DNA of 64,000 bases, taken from contig JBGAFL010000004.1 of NCBI GenBank assembly GCA_044227265.1, positions 28,368 through 92,367 of the forward strand, written 5' to 3'. The notes below the pieces were generated by a model. The model was given only the letters and a program-made list of their open reading frames with translations. It searched no databases and had not been told where the DNA came from. Below, piece by piece: positions 29,533 to 39,018 of this stretch. Position numbers and translations under genes: made by a program. Source of the DNA: Methylobacterium sp. GTDB lineage: Bacteria > Pseudomonadota > Alphaproteobacteria > Rhizobiales > Beijerinckiaceae. Each line of letters begins with the position of its first letter. Positions within the stretch are counted from its first letter, which is position 1.

Positions 29533-29924
29533 AGTTTGGCGTGAGATTTCAGCGCCATTGCGCTGTTCGGCAAACTGCTCGATTCAGGATTTGGGGGAGA
29601 CGCGTCGATGATGAGCGCGTCAGGCTCCCATTGCAAGGCCACTCGGCGTCTGCTCGATGCGGCAGCATGCCTCGGTTTCAGGGTAATTTTCAATCTGGCC
29701 AAATATCTCTGGTAAAAATTTCGGCGGCTCAAGTGTGAAACCGCGACCGCTTCAGCAGCCCTGTCTGCCCCGTTCGGCGCTGGGGACGTGAGGCTTTCCT
29801 GAAAGAATCGTCACCCGTGATGGGCAGAGCTCAACTAAATCGTGAAATTTAGTTTGCTCGAATCGTGATGTACCTTTGGATGCCCATTCCACACTTGCAA
29901 TCTCGGGGGTTCAAAGGTTCTGCT

Positions 29925-30290
29925 TGGCTCTGACAATCCGGTATACGCTCGCGGGCTGATCTTGAGGCGGCGAGCGACATCAGGGTGTCGGATGCCATCG
30001 GCCAGCGTCGCCTTCACCTCCCCTGGATCAATGGACGGCAGACGCCCTTTATGGTTGCCGGCGACTTGGGCCCTGGCGATGCCTTTCCATCTGGCGTTCG
30101 CGACGCAGATTGGTTTCGAATTCGGCGAAGACACCGAGCATGTCGAGGAAGGTTTTGCCTGCGGCAGCGCGAGTGTCGATCGGCTGTTCGGTCGCCTTGA
30201 GCGCGGAGCCCGTGGCTTTGAGCGTTCGAACGATGTCCCGCATGGTCGCCGATCGAGCGGGCGAGACGATCGATGCGAGCAGGAGCCCAT
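29925..30290 (-). pseudogene. Serine recombinase (resolvase/invertase) remnant, N-terminally truncated and frameshifted
   Basis: RIDRLARSIG, DIVRTLK, EQPIDTRAAAGKTFLDMLGVFAEFETNLRRERQME and, in another frame, GIARAQ..KGR..HTH. Confidence 0.85.
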
Positions 30291-30449
30291 GAGCGGCATG
30301 GTCGAGTTCGAGGGCGGCATCGGCCTCGCGCCGCGGCGTGCGCGTCGAGGGTGGATTGTTGCCACAGCCCTAGGTGCAGGCTCAGCCAACCTGTGGTTGC
30401 TAGAGTGTTCGCCCTGAGGGAGCGATCCAGCGCAACTTGTTAGAAAGAT

Positions 30450-30525
<76 letters not shown>

Positions 30526-30692
30526 CCCTCGTCCGGCCGTCGCAGCCTTGGGCTTGCGGCGGGAAGGGCGGCCCGCAATACGGGGTGGGCGGCGCAGGGT
30601 CAACACAGGCTCGCGATGCCGAGGGTCGCCAATTGTGTCCTGCCCCGGCGCCCGCCCTCGCTTGGACATGTCGAGCTGACATCGGAAGGCTC

Positions 30693-31772
30693 ATGGAGCC
30701 CGGGACCGCCCTCCAGAATACAGATCAGCATCGCTGGCGCTTGTTCGTGCGCAGCTTCGGTGCGGCGATCTTCGTGCTCGGATGCGCGGCGGTGGCCTTC
30801 ATCGGTCTGCTCGATCCGTTTGGCCTTCGTGCTGCGCCTGGCCGCGCGCCCGGTCCACTAATGGATGGCAATCAGCGCTTCATGTATCCGCAGGTCGTCC
30901 GCAGCGGTGCTTACGATGCGGCCGTGTTCGGAACCTCGACCTCGCGCCTCATCGATCCGCGCGATCTCGACAAGGCCTTCGGCGCCCATTTCGCCAATCT
31001 CTCGATGAATGCGGCCACGGCCTATGAGCAAACCCGGCTGGCGCAACTGTTCCTGTCCGAGACGGCGCCGAAAGCCGTCCTGTTCGGGATCGATACGAAT
31101 GTCTGGTGCGCGGCTGATGCCGACCAGCGCCGCCTCACGTTCCGCCCCTTCCCGCCCTGGCTCTACGAGCCGGACCCATCGCGGGCCATTCTGCGCCAGG
31201 TCAATTGGCAGAGCCTCACGACGGCGAGCCGGGTGCTGCTCTACCGCCTCGGGCTGGCCAAGGAGCGCATCCGTGGCGACGGTTTCGCGGTCTTCACGCC
31301 GCCGGAAGCCAGCTACGACGCGGCGAGGGCGCGGGCCCATATCCATGGCGGCCTATCGAGCCAGGACGAGGGGGAACCTGCCGCCGATTTTCAGGTGAAG
31401 GCCGATGCGCCGGATGCCCCGATGCCGGCTCTGACCTGGCTCGACGAACTCCTCGCATCCTTGCCGCCCGGCACGAAAAAGCTTGTCGCCTTCATGCCTG
31501 TCCATGTGGCCGAGCAGGGCGCTCCGGGCACGCCGCGCGGCCTACGCGAGGCGGCCTGCAAGGCCGAAGTCGCGCGGATCGGGAAGGCGCACGGCGCCAC
31601 CGTCGTTGATTTCCGCATCCCCTCCCCTGTGACCACGCAGGACCAGAATTACTGGGACCGCCTGCATTACCGCCTGCCGATTGCCGGCCGAATCGTCGCC
31701 GGTTTGCTTGCGGCGAGCGAGACGGGCCGGGACGATCCAGGCGGCCTCTATCGGGTCTTGATGCATCCCTGA
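30693..31772 (+). CDS. Membrane-anchored SGNH/DltD-like protein
   Basis: N-terminal TM followed by DP; VFGTSTS, FANLSMNA and C-terminal YWDRLHY (DxxH). Confidence 0.65.
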   Translation: MEPGTALQNTDQHRWRLFVRSFGAAIFVLGCAAVAFIGLLDPFGLRAAPGRAPGPLMDGNQRFMYPQVVRSGAYDAAVFGTSTSRLIDPRDLDKAFGAHFANLSMNAATAYEQTRLAQLFLSETAPKAVLFGIDTNVWCAADADQRRLTFRPFPPWLYEPDPSRAILRQVNWQSLTTASRVLLYRLGLAKERIRGDGFAVFTPPEASYDAARARAHIHGGLSSQDEGEPAADFQVKADAPDAPMPALTWLDELLASLPPGTKKLVAFMPVHVAEQGAPGTPRGLREAACKAEVARIGKAHGATVVDFRIPSPVTTQDQNYWDRLHYRLPIAGRIVAGLLAASETGRDDPGGLYRVLMHP

Positions 31773-31864
31773 ATGGAGAGGCCGCGTGCCTGCCGCATTC
31801 TGGTCGAGCTTGCCTGTTTCAAGTCGCGCGCCCGGCCGGACCGAGGCGCATGAGAGTCAATTGC

Positions 31865-32122
31865 ATGATCGTTCGTACGCTTTTCGCCCTTCTCGCCACG
31901 ACCTCCGTTGCATTCGCGGCGCCAGCCCCCGCACCGACAGCAAACCGCGACACCCTGCGCCAGTATTGCACCGGAGATTACCTGACCTATTGCGGCAATC
32001 TGGCCCCAGACAGCCCGGAGACGCGCGCCTGTTTCAAGGTGAACAAGGCCAAGCTTTCGCCGAACTGCCAGGCAGCCATTTCGAGCTACATGAAGGGGCA
32101 GAAGCGGGCCGACGCTCGCTGA
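31865..32122 (+). CDS. Small secreted four-cysteine (Cys-rich repeat-like) protein
   Basis: Signal peptide followed by CTGDYLTYC...ACF...LSPNC. Confidence 0.75.
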   Translation: MIVRTLFALLATTSVAFAAPAPAPTANRDTLRQYCTGDYLTYCGNLAPDSPETRACFKVNKAKLSPNCQAAISSYMKGQKRADAR

Positions 32123-32153
32123 GGCAAGCGCGAAACCTCAAGTCTCGGCCGCC

Positions 32154-33224
32154 TCAGGCCTTCGCCTCGGCCTCGGCCCGCGCCCATTGCGCCTTGGTCT
32201 CTCCGATGAAATCGGCGAGACGCCCTGCTGCGATGGCAGCGCGTAAGGCCGCCATCAGGCTCTGGTAATAGGCGAGGTTGTTCCAGGTCAGCAGCATCAT
32301 CCCCAAAATCTCCTCGGAGCGGACGAGGTGATGCAGATAGGCGCGCGAATAATCGCGCGCGGCCGGGCATTCGGATTGCTCATCGAGCGGCCGCCGGCCG
32401 GCGCGTGTCGGCATCACGCAATCGAACATGTCGATGCCGCGCGCCACCGATTGCATCAGGTCGTCCGGCGTGCCGACGCCCATGAGATAGCGCGGCTTGG
32501 TTGTGGGCAGATGCGGCTCGACCGCCTCGATCATCGCCAGCATCACGGCCTGCGGCTCACCGACCGCGAGCCCGCCGATCGCATAGCCCTTGAGGTCGAG
32601 ATCGGTCAGCGCACGGGCGCTCTCGACACGCAAGTCGGGTAGGTCCCCGCCCTGCACGATACCGAACATCGCCCTGCCCGGCTGCTCGCCGAAGGCGGTC
32701 CGGCAGCGCTCTGCCCAGCGCAGCGAGAGATGCATGGCTCGTCCGATCGTCGCGCGGTCAGCCGGCAGGCGCACGCATTCATCGAGCTGCATCTGGATGT
32801 CGGAACCGAGCAGGCCCTGGATCTCGATCGAGCGCTCCGGGCTCATGTGATGCGTCGAGCCGTCGATATGTGAGCGGAAGGTAACGCCCTGCTCGTCGAG
32901 TTTTCGCAGGGCCGAGAGCGACATTACCTGGAAACCGCCGGAATCGGTGAGGATCGGCCCGTCCCAGCGCATGAAGCGGTGCAGGCCCCCTAACCGCGCC
33001 ATCCGCTCCGCACCCGGGCGCAGCATCAGGTGGTAGGTGTTGCCGAGAACGATATCGGCACCAAGATCGCGCACCTGTTCCGGGTACATCGCCTTGACGG
33101 TCGCGGCCGTGCCGACCGGCATGAAGGCCGGCGTGCGGATGTTTCCACGCAACGTCGTGATCGCTCCGGTGCGGGCGGCGCCGTCCTGGGCGGCAATCGA
33201 AAAGCGGAAGGGATCGCTGGTCAT
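32154..33224 (-). CDS. tgt: tRNA-guanine transglycosylase, with an apparent internal in-frame deletion
   Basis: [35 protein letters not shown] and [10 protein letters not shown]; 356 aa, shorter than the usual Tgt. Confidence 0.93.
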   Translation of the reverse strand: MTSDPFRFSIAAQDGAARTGAITTLRGNIRTPAFMPVGTAATVKAMYPEQVRDLGADIVLGNTYHLMLRPGAERMARLGGLHRFMRWDGPILTDSGGFQVMSLSALRKLDEQGVTFRSHIDGSTHHMSPERSIEIQGLLGSDIQMQLDECVRLPADRATIGRAMHLSLRWAERCRTAFGEQPGRAMFGIVQGGDLPDLRVESARALTDLDLKGYAIGGLAVGEPQAVMLAMIEAVEPHLPTTKPRYLMGVGTPDDLMQSVARGIDMFDCVMPTRAGRRPLDEQSECPAARDYSRAYLHHLVRSEEILGMMLLTWNNLAYYQSLMAALRAAIAAGRLADFIGETKAQWARAEAEAKA

Positions 33225-34315
33225 GGCGCTGCTCCAGGAAAGAGCAGGCTCGCATCGCCGTAGGAATAGAAGCGATAGCCGGCCGCGACCGCATGCGCAT
33301 AGGCCGCGCGCATCGTGTCGAGCCCGCTGAAAGCGCTGACCAGCATGAACAGGGTCGAGCGCGGCAGGTGGAAATTCGTCATCAGCGCGTCGACGGCGCG
33401 GAAGCGGTAGCCCGGCGTGATGAAGATGTCGGTCGCTCCCGCATAGGGCTGAATCCGGCCGTCTCCGTCCGCCGCGCTTTCGAGCAGCCGCAGGGAGGTG
33501 GTGCCGACCGCGACGATCCTGCCGCCCGCCGCGCGGATGCGGTTGAGATCCTCGGCGGTCGCCGCATCGATCGTCCCGGTCTCGGCATGCATGCGGTGGT
33601 CGGCCGTATCCTCGGCTTTGACCGGCAGGAAGGTGCCCGCACCAACGTTGAGCGTCACCGTCCGCCGCTTCAGGCCGGCCGCATCGATATCGGCGAGCAG
33701 GCCTTCGGAGACATGGAGACCCGCCGTCGGCGCGGCGACGGCGCCCGGATTGGCTGCGAAGACGGTCTGATAGTCGGTCGCATCCCTGGCATCGGGCGCA
33801 CGGCGTCCCGCGATATAGGGAGGCAGCGGCATCGTGCCGACCGCTGCGATCGCCTCGTCGAGCGCGGAGCCGGAAAAGTCGAACCGAAGCGTGATCTCGC
33901 CGCCCTCGCCTTTCGACTCGATGGTCGCATCAAGCCGGCCGAGTTCGCAGGTCGTGCCCGCGCCCTCCTCCGAGGGTCCGAAATGCAGCCGGTCGCCCGG
34001 CGCGAGGCGTTTTCCCGGCCGCGCAAAAACCCGCCAGCGATCCGGCGCCTCGCGCTGGTGCAAAGTGACTTCGCAGCGCTGGCCGGGCGCGCCAGGGCGC
34101 AGCCGCGTGCCATGGAGCCGGGCGGGAATGACCCGGACGTCGTTGAAGACCAGCACGTCGCCGGGATTCAGCAGGCTCGGCAGGTCGCGCACGGCCCGAT
34201 CCTCGAGCGGCGCACCGGGGCGCACCACGAGAAGCCGGCCCGCATCACGCGGAACCGGCGGCCGCAAGGCGATCGCCTCCTCCGGCAGATCGAAATCGAA
34301 CAGATCGACACGCAT
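33221..34315 (-). CDS. queA: S-adenosylmethionine:tRNA ribosyltransferase-isomerase
   Basis: [47 protein letters not shown] and YRFYSYGDA. Confidence 0.97.
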   Translation of the reverse strand: MRVDLFDFDLPEEAIALRPPVPRDAGRLLVVRPGAPLEDRAVRDLPSLLNPGDVLVFNDVRVIPARLHGTRLRPGAPGQRCEVTLHQREAPDRWRVFARPGKRLAPGDRLHFGPSEEGAGTTCELGRLDATIESKGEGGEITLRFDFSGSALDEAIAAVGTMPLPPYIAGRRAPDARDATDYQTVFAANPGAVAAPTAGLHVSEGLLADIDAAGLKRRTVTLNVGAGTFLPVKAEDTADHRMHAETGTIDAATAEDLNRIRAAGGRIVAVGTTSLRLLESAADGDGRIQPYAGATDIFITPGYRFRAVDALMTNFHLPRSTLFMLVSAFSGLDTMRAAYAHAVAAGYRFYSYGDASLLFPGAAP

Positions 34316-34467
34316 GGCCGTGCCTTCAACACGGTTCGGATGGTTCGATCAATTCCGGACAAATGGATCGCGCGAGGCTATCGTAGCGGAGCCTCGCGCG
34401 CCCCATTTAACGCCTTGGCCGGATCGACACGGCGATGTCGAACGCGCCGAACCGACGGAGATTGGCC

Positions 34468-34692
34468 ATGGCCGACGGAAATGGGGCTGAGAAGCCGAAA
34501 CGCATCACGCTCGACGGGCAACTCGTCGATTACTGGGAGCGGGAGGCCAAGAAGTTCGACGCGCTTGCCCATAACGCCATGTTCGGGTGGATCGCGCGTG
34601 GCTACGCGCGCCGGGCCGATCGGGCGCGGGCCTTGGCGGAGCGCAGCCGCGCCCGCGAGGAAGCACGGATGCACAGGAGCGGAACAGCCTGA
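34468..34692 (+). CDS. Small hypothetical protein
   Basis: 74 aa with a GGAG RBS; helical, charged sequence (LVDYWEREAKKFD). Confidence 0.6.
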   Translation: MADGNGAEKPKRITLDGQLVDYWEREAKKFDALAHNAMFGWIARGYARRADRARALAERSRAREEARMHRSGTA

Positions 34693-34896
34693 GCTGCAGC
34701 CCCCGCCACTCCCATAGCTAGGGAAAGACTGCGCGACGGCCGCGCTTGGGACGACCGTCGCGATCCAGCGTGAGAGGACACGAACACAGACTCGCAGCAC
34801 GAATAGCCGTGGCTAAAACCTTTGCCGTGGCCTTCCGCAGGGCCGGCAGCTAAGGCATCGGCATCAGACACCCTGAAGGCGAGCCTGCGGCCCTTG

Positions 34897-35784
34897 ATGA
34901 GCCGAACAGAGAAAGCTGCGTTGCTCAGCGCCGCGATCGGCATGCTGGTCATGGCGCTCAAATTCGGCGCCTACTGGCTCACCGGCAGCATCGCGCTGTA
35001 TTCGGACGCGCTCGAGAGCATCATCAACGTCGCGGCGGCCATCTTTGCCTTGGTCGCCTTGCGCGTGGCGGCCCGCCCGGCAGATGCCGAACACCCCTAC
35101 GGCCACCACAAGGCCGAGTATTTCTCGGCCGTATTCGAGGGCGCTCTCGTCGTCGTCGCGGCCCTGATGATTCTGCGCGAGGCCTATTTCGGCATTCTCG
35201 ATCCGAAGCCTCTCGATGCGCCTCTCATCGGTCTTGCCGTCAACGGGGCTGCGACAGCGATCAATGCAGCCTGGGGCACCGTGCTCCTGCGGCGCGGAAA
35301 GGCCTGGCGCTCGCCCGCTCTTGCCGCCGATGCCAAGCATGTGCTCGCCGATGTCGTGACCTCGCTCGGCGTGCTCGCCGGCGTCGGGCTGGTCTTCCTC
35401 ACCAACACGTTCGTGCTCGATCCGATCGTCGCCGGCCTCGTCGCCCTGCAGATCCTATGGTCCGGCTGGACCATGATCCGCGATTCGATCAACGGCCTGA
35501 TGGACCAGGCCGCCTCGCCCGACATGGTCCAGAAAATCCGCGAATTGATCTCGCACCACAGCGAGGGCGCGCTCGAAGCGCACGACGTGCGCACGCGCCA
35601 TGCCGGCAGCGCCACCTTCATCGACTTCCATCTCGTCGTGCCTGGCGAGATGAGCGTGGCTGATTCGCACGCGATCTGCGACCGGCTGGAGGAGACCATC
35701 GAATCCGAGATCGAGGGCGCCGTGGTCGTCATCCATGTCGAACCGGGCGACCATGCCAAGCAGCGCGGCGTTCCGGTGATCTGA
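34897..35784 (+). CDS. Cation diffusion facilitator (FieF-like) transporter
   Basis: SDALES, PADAEHPYGHHKAEY, DAKHVLAD, FIDFHLVV and IHVEP. Confidence 0.93.
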   Translation: MSRTEKAALLSAAIGMLVMALKFGAYWLTGSIALYSDALESIINVAAAIFALVALRVAARPADAEHPYGHHKAEYFSAVFEGALVVVAALMILREAYFGILDPKPLDAPLIGLAVNGAATAINAAWGTVLLRRGKAWRSPALAADAKHVLADVVTSLGVLAGVGLVFLTNTFVLDPIVAGLVALQILWSGWTMIRDSINGLMDQAASPDMVQKIRELISHHSEGALEAHDVRTRHAGSATFIDFHLVVPGEMSVADSHAICDRLEETIESEIEGAVVVIHVEPGDHAKQRGVPVI

Positions 35785-35786
35785 GG

Positions 35787-36527
35787 TCACGGCGCCTCGG
35801 TCGTCGCCCCGAAAATCGGCTCGAAGGCCGCCCTCAGTGCCATGTCCACTTCGGCCATCGAGACGATCCGGCCGAGATCGGTCAGGCTTGTGACACCGTG
35901 CAGGCGAACGCCGCAGGGCACGATCCCTGAGAAATGCGTGAGATCCGGCTCGACGTTGAGGCTGATGCCGTGGAGGCTCACCCAGCGTTTCACGCGGATG
36001 CCGATCGCGGCGATCTTGTCCTCGACGCCCTCCCCCTTCTCGGGCCGCCGCACCCAGACGCCGACGCGATCCTCGCGCCTTTCGGCTCGCACATTGAACG
36101 AATCGAGCGTCGCGACGATCCAGGCCTCGAGGCTGGCGACATAGGCCCGGAGATCCTGCCGTCGCCGGCTCAGATCGAGCATGACATAGGCCACGCGCTG
36201 CCCTGGCCCGTGATAGGTGAACTGGCCACCGCGCCCGGTGCGGTGAACCGGGAATCGGTCCGGCTCGACGAGATCGGCATCCCGCGCGGAGGTCCCTGCC
36301 GTGTAGAGCGGCGGGTGTTCGAGCAGCCAGACGCATTCGCTCGCCTGCCCCAGCGCGATCGCCGAGGCGCGCGCCTCCATCTCGGCGACGGCCTCGTCAT
36401 AGGCGACGAGCGTGTCTGCGATCCGCCATTCGACCGCGGGCGCCCCAGCCCTAGGCAGGAAGCTTGCCGGCGCGATGGAGAGGCGCGAGGCGGCCGAAGC
36501 ACCGCCGATCGCCGCTTCGTTTACCAA
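35787..36527 (-). CDS. lipB: Lipoyl(octanoyl) transferase
   Basis: [37 protein letters not shown] and IVPCG. Confidence 0.97.
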   Translation of the reverse strand: MVNEAAIGGASAASRLSIAPASFLPRAGAPAVEWRIADTLVAYDEAVAEMEARASAIALGQASECVWLLEHPPLYTAGTSARDADLVEPDRFPVHRTGRGGQFTYHGPGQRVAYVMLDLSRRRQDLRAYVASLEAWIVATLDSFNVRAERREDRVGVWVRRPEKGEGVEDKIAAIGIRVKRWVSLHGISLNVEPDLTHFSGIVPCGVRLHGVTSLTDLGRIVSMAEVDMALRAAFEPIFGATTEAP

Positions 36528-36576
36528 GGCTTCACCATGTTGCGCGTTGAGTGGTCATCGGAGCGGGGAGTAACAC

Positions 36577-36882
36577 GTGGCGGTTCTGGAAGACCTCAAG
36601 GTCGACCTCAAGGTGGTGCTCGGGCGCAGCCACATGCCGCTGCACATGCTGCTGCGCATGGGCCGCGGCGCCGTGATCGAGCTCGAATCGACCGAGACCG
36701 ATATGGTCGAGATCCTCGCCAACGACCACCCGATCGCGCGTGGCCAGATCGTTGTCACCGGCAACCGCATCTCGGTCGAGGTGACGGAGCTGATCCGCAA
36801 GGCGGCAGTGGTGCGCACGCAGGGCGTCACCATCGGGGACGGCGCGGTGCCGGTTCTGGAGCCGATTTCCGCAAGCGAGTGA
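36577..36882 (+). CDS. FliM/FliN (SpoA) C-terminal domain protein
   Basis: DLKVVLGRS, GAVIELES and IARGQIVV; not within a flagellar operon. Confidence 0.8.
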   Translation: MAVLEDLKVDLKVVLGRSHMPLHMLLRMGRGAVIELESTETDMVEILANDHPIARGQIVVTGNRISVEVTELIRKAAVVRTQGVTIGDGAVPVLEPISASE

Positions 36883-36987
36883 AACGGCTCACGGCAAAGC
36901 TTGTGCGCCCGTTCCGCATCTGATATCGCCTGCGCCGCTCACAGGGCATCGGCGTTTTCGGGGACTTATCCGGGGCCGAGGTGCTGA

Positions 36988-37072
36988 GCGGCCATGGCGG
37001 AATTGGTAGACGCGCTAGCTTGAGGTGCTAGTCCCGCGAGGGGTGGAGGTTCGAGTCCTCTTGGCCGCACCA
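36988..37072 (+). tRNA. tRNA-Leu (anticodon GAG)
   Basis: GCGGCCATGGCGGAATTGGTAGACGCGCTAGCTTGAGGTGCTAG...GGTTCGAGTCCTCTTGGCCGCACCA; 85 nt with a long variable arm. Confidence 0.97.
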
Positions 37073-37198
37073 ACCTGTATTCTCTGACAAGATCGGGCAT
37101 GTTCGGGTGCCGGCAAGGTGCGGGTTGCGCGCGTCTTGCGCCATCGGCGGGCAGGCATCCGAGCGCTTTCCAGTTGCGTGCGGTCGCGGAGGACAGGC

Positions 37199-37441
37199 AT
37201 GTTCAGGCTGATGGAATACAGGCGGCGGCGCGGCCCCGGACAGTCCCTGTTCCATCCGCGCGTGCACACCGCACAATATGTCTCGCGCGAAGAGGCGAGC
37301 CGCACGGCCGAATCTGAAATCCGCCGGTTCCAGAAACACGGCTACAACGAGGAAGAGGATTACTGGTGGGCCTGGAACAAGGCCGACGAGATTGGCATCG
37401 TCTTCGTCGTCGAACCTGACCCGACCTCGAAGATCGCGTGA
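37199..37441 (+). CDS. Small hypothetical protein
   Basis: 80 aa, RBS-like GGAGGACAGG upstream, contains GYNEEEDYWWAWN. Confidence 0.55.
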   Translation: MFRLMEYRRRRGPGQSLFHPRVHTAQYVSREEASRTAESEIRRFQKHGYNEEEDYWWAWNKADEIGIVFVVEPDPTSKIA

Positions 37442-37537
37442 GGTTTTGGGCTGGTTCCTGCTGCTTGGAGGCAAGACCCGACGCTTGGCATCTACGGGTC
37501 AGGGCTAGTCACGATCCAAATCGGACATTCAGCGCTT

Positions 37538-37830
37538 TCAATCGCCACTACTGAGATGTTCGTGCGCAATACGCCAGCCGGAACTGTCGTTGGTCAGAAC
37601 ACGGGTCGCACGCCCACCGCCTCCGACGGCTTCTCCCTTTACTTTGCCCGTCCAGCTGAAGCTGCATAGGACGGCCACCGAGGCATCGGACTGGGCAACC
37701 CATACCGAGTTTTGGCAATCACCCCTCGAAGCTCTCAAAGAGAATCTCTCAAAGAGAATAGAGTCTTTCGTACTCCACGCCGACAGCGCCCCCAATGGAG
37801 GCGCCGGCAACGCTCGGCTTCCATCCATTG
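37538..37830 (-). pseudogene. NTF2/SnoaL-like (DUF4440-type) gene remnant
   Basis: C-terminus FSWTGKVKGEAVGGGGRATRVL..GWRIAHEHLS; a 14-bp tandem duplication at 37732-37759 disrupts the frame. Confidence 0.55.
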
Positions 37831-37974
37831 CGGGCGTCGCGCGATGGTACCAAGCGTCCGATTTAGTTCAGCGGAGGCCGAAAGATTTCCGCCCTTCCCG
37901 CGCTCCACCACCTCGCCCCACTGGCGTGGCGAGGGAAAATGCGCCGCGATCGCGCAGTCGGGCTACGGCAAGAA

Positions 37975-38628
37975 TTACAGCCCGACCCGGTCGAAATCGA
38001 GCGACGAGGCGCAGATTGCGACTTGTGTCCGGTTGCTCACGCCGAGCTTGCGCATGATCTCGGAGACATGCGCCTTCACCATGGAATCGCCGATCCCGAG
38101 TTCGTAGGCGATCTGCTTGTTGATCTTGCCGCGCTTGATCAGGGACAGCACGGTCATCTGCGCGGGCGTCAGGGTGGCGATCTTGTCGGTCGCGGCCGAG
38201 GGTGGCGCATGGCGCTCGGCCAGCCTTTCGTTGGCCGGGCTCAGGATGTCCGGCACGAAGACGCCGCCGCTGGTGATCTCCCGGATCGCCTCCATATAGA
38301 TCGCCTTGCCGGATGATTTCGGGACGTAGCCGGAGGCACCGAGCTGCAGGGCTTCGCGCACGATCCGCGGTTCCTCATGCGCCGAGACGACGAGGATCGG
38401 AATGCGCGGATAGGCGATCCGCAACGTCATCAGCCCATCGAATCCAGTCACGCCCTTCATCGAGAGATCGAGCGTGATGAGATCGAGACTCGGCCTGTCG
38501 CCCAGCAGCGCGCGCGCCGCGGGGATGGAATCAGCCTCCTCGATGCGCCCCTGCGGCAAACCAAGCCGGATCATGCTGCGCAGGGCTTCGCGAAACAGCG
38601 GGTGATCGTCGACGAGGATGATGTGCAT
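37975..38628 (-). CDS. NarL/LuxR-family response regulator (AgmR/ErbR-like)
   Basis: IILVDDHPLFRE, LDLSMKG, LTPAQ..INKQIAYELG...VKAHVS; divergent from exaA. Confidence 0.92.
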   Translation of the reverse strand: MHIILVDDHPLFREALRSMIRLGLPQGRIEEADSIPAARALLGDRPSLDLITLDLSMKGVTGFDGLMTLRIAYPRIPILVVSAHEEPRIVREALQLGASGYVPKSSGKAIYMEAIREITSGGVFVPDILSPANERLAERHAPPSAATDKIATLTPAQMTVLSLIKRGKINKQIAYELGIGDSMVKAHVSEIMRKLGVSNRTQVAICASSLDFDRVGL

Positions 38629-39018
38629 CGAAACGCCTCACACCGTTGCCGCGGATTTCGGCGGACACGGGATGCGGGCCGTGCGAACCGGCGGCTCGTC
38701 GCATCGGCGATCTGCTGTGCAGAAATACTAAATCCCAGGCCTTCAAAGAAATGTCTGCTGCGCCCTACGGGCGTCAAGCGTCAAATTTCAAACATTTTTC
38801 TTATGTCATTCAAACAATAGAAGTGTTTCATACAAGCAATATAACATGCCAAATCCTCCCAATTATAAGATTCTAATATGGAATATGTACAAAAGTTAGG
38901 ATGCGATTGCCTAATCTTCCGTCCATACGTCTCCCGGAGAGCACTCGCATGGGCGTAGCTCTCACAAACTTCAAGGTTGCGGTCCGCGAAGGACAAGGCG
39001 ACCGTTAGGGAGAGACGC

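Larger units (their letters stand above)
14900..30449. mobile_element. Putative decayed genomic island (methylamine utilization) at the 3' end of tRNA-Lys
   Basis: Begins immediately 3' of tRNA-Lys with a resolvase relic; AT-richer segments at ~15.5-16.5 kb, 17.8-19.7 kb and 28.2-29.9 kb. The left boundary is approximate and no att duplication was seen. Confidence 0.5.

Noticed and set aside
36577-36882. Flagellar or type III secretion gene cluster
   Set aside because: A single SpoA-domain gene between lipB and tRNA-Leu, with no other flagellar or T3SS genes.
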